Origin: Nemertoderma westbladi
Taxonomy: Eukaryota > Animalia > Xenacoelomorpha
Assembly: GCA_032718475.1 (NCBI GenBank)
Contig: JAUCBJ010000883.1
Span: 1 to 63,797, forward strand
Direction: 5' to 3'
DNA length: 63,797 nt
Shown: positions 62,477 to 63,797 of the stretch, in pieces
How the letters are laid out: the number at the start of each line of letters is the position of its first letter
Position numbering within the stretch: position 1 is the first letter of the stretch
Notes under the pieces: model-generated
Told to the model about the DNA's origin: nothing
The model's input: only the letters and a program-made list of their open reading frames with translations
Databases searched by the model: none
Made by a program: the position numbers and the translations under genes

Positions 62477-63797
62477 TCATTCCAACTTAGCTCCTTGGCA
62501 TTTCAGTTTGTGATTCTGAAATAGAGGACGTTTCTTGTGTTAATGATATCATTCCAACTTAGCTCCTTGACATTTTAGTTTGTGATTCTGAAATAGAGGA
62601 CGTCTCTTGTGTTAATGATATCATTCCAACTGAGCTCCTTGACATTTTAGTTTGTGATTCTGAAATAGAGGACGTTTCTTGTGTTAATGATATCATTCCA
62701 ACTTAGCTCCTTGACATTTCAGTTTGTGATTCTGAAATAGAGGAGGTCTCTTGTGTTAATGATATCATTCCAACTGAGCTCCTTGACATTTTAGTTTGTG
62801 ATTCTGAAATAGAGGAGGTCTCTTGTGTTAATGATATCATTCCAACTTAGCTCCTTGACATTTCAGTTTGTGATTCTGAAATAGAGGAGGTCTCATGTGT
62901 TAATGATATCATTCCAACTTAGCTCCTTGATCTTGTGTTAATGATATCATTCCAACTTAGCTCCTTGATCTTGTGTTAATGATATCATTCCAACTTAGCT
63001 CCTTGACATTTCAGTTTGTGATTCTGAAATAGAGGACGTTTCTTGTGTTAATGATATCATTCCAACTTAGCTCCTTGACATTTCAGTTTGTGATTCTGAA
63101 ATAGAGGACGTTTCTTGTGTTAATGATATCATTCCAACTTAGCTCCTTGACATTTCAGTTTGTGATTCTGAAATAGAGGACGTTTCTTGTGTTAATGATA
63201 TCATTCCAACTTAGCTCCTTGACATTTCAGTTTGTGATTCTGAAATAGAGGACGTTTCTTGTGTTAATGATATCATTCCAACTTAGCTCCTTGACATTTT
63301 AGTTTGTGATTCTGAAATAGTGGACGTTTCTTGTGTTAATGATATCATTCCAACTTAGCTCCTTGACATATTAGTTTGTGATTCTGAAATAGAGGACGTT
63401 TCTTGTGTTAATGATATCATTCCAACTTAGCTCCTTGACATATTAGTTTGTGATTCTGAAATAGAGGACGTTTCTTGTGTTAATGATATCATTCCAACTT
63501 AGCTCCTTGACATTTTAGTTTGTGATTCTGAAATAGTGGACGTTTCTTGTGTTAATGATATCATTCCAACTTAGCTCCTTGACATTTTAGTTTGTGATTC
63601 TGAAATAGTGGACGTTTCTTGTGTTAATGATATCATTCCAACTTAGCTCCTTGACATATTAGTTTGTGATTCTGAAATAGAGGACGTTTCTTGTGTTAAT
63701 GATATCATTCCAACTGAGCTCCTTGACATTTTAGTTTGTGATTCTGAAATAGAGGACGTTTCTTGTGTTAATGATATCATTCCAACTTAGCTCCTTG
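62477..63797. repeat. 72-bp tandem satellite running off the right edge
   Basis: Unit tcattccaacttagctccttgacatttcagtttgtgattctgaaatagaggacgtttcttgtgttaatgata; stop codons in all six frames. Confidence 0.97.

Noticed and set aside
62477-63797. 72-bp repeat as a 24-aa coding repeat
   Set aside because: Every frame on both strands has a stop in each unit.

Overview
AT-rich animal (invertebrate-like) genomic DNA, not prokaryotic. It holds two spliced host genes arranged tail-to-tail. On + is an 8-exon IGF2BP/IMP-family RNA-binding gene (8976-32462, about 562 aa) with RRM1-RRM2-KH1-KH2 but no KH3-KH4; a Gly/Pro/Tyr RGG low-complexity tail takes their place. On - is a Distal-less/Dlx homeobox gene with 7 coding exons (47260-40632, about 328 aa). 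The most unusual object is a young 12.1-kb BEL/Pao-derived LTR element in IMP intron 3, with near-identical 1.23-kb LTRs and an ATTTG TSD. It keeps an intact 1403-aa Gag-protease ORF whose RT, RNase H and integrase are deleted in frame. It also carries a second zinc-knuckle ORF preceded by a structured leader, and has no TGG tRNA primer site, only a 10-nt complement to its own LTR. Also present: two CR1/L2-group LINEs (one with ORF1 and ORF2 joined by a UGA-CUA readthrough-type stop), a ~4-kb diverged inverted duplication upstream of IMP, many non-autonomous DNA transposons (piggyBac-, hAT-, Mutator/foldback-, Kolobok-, IS3EU- and Tc1/mariner-like), tRNA-derived SINEs and three tandem satellites. 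All calls were made by eye, with no database searches.
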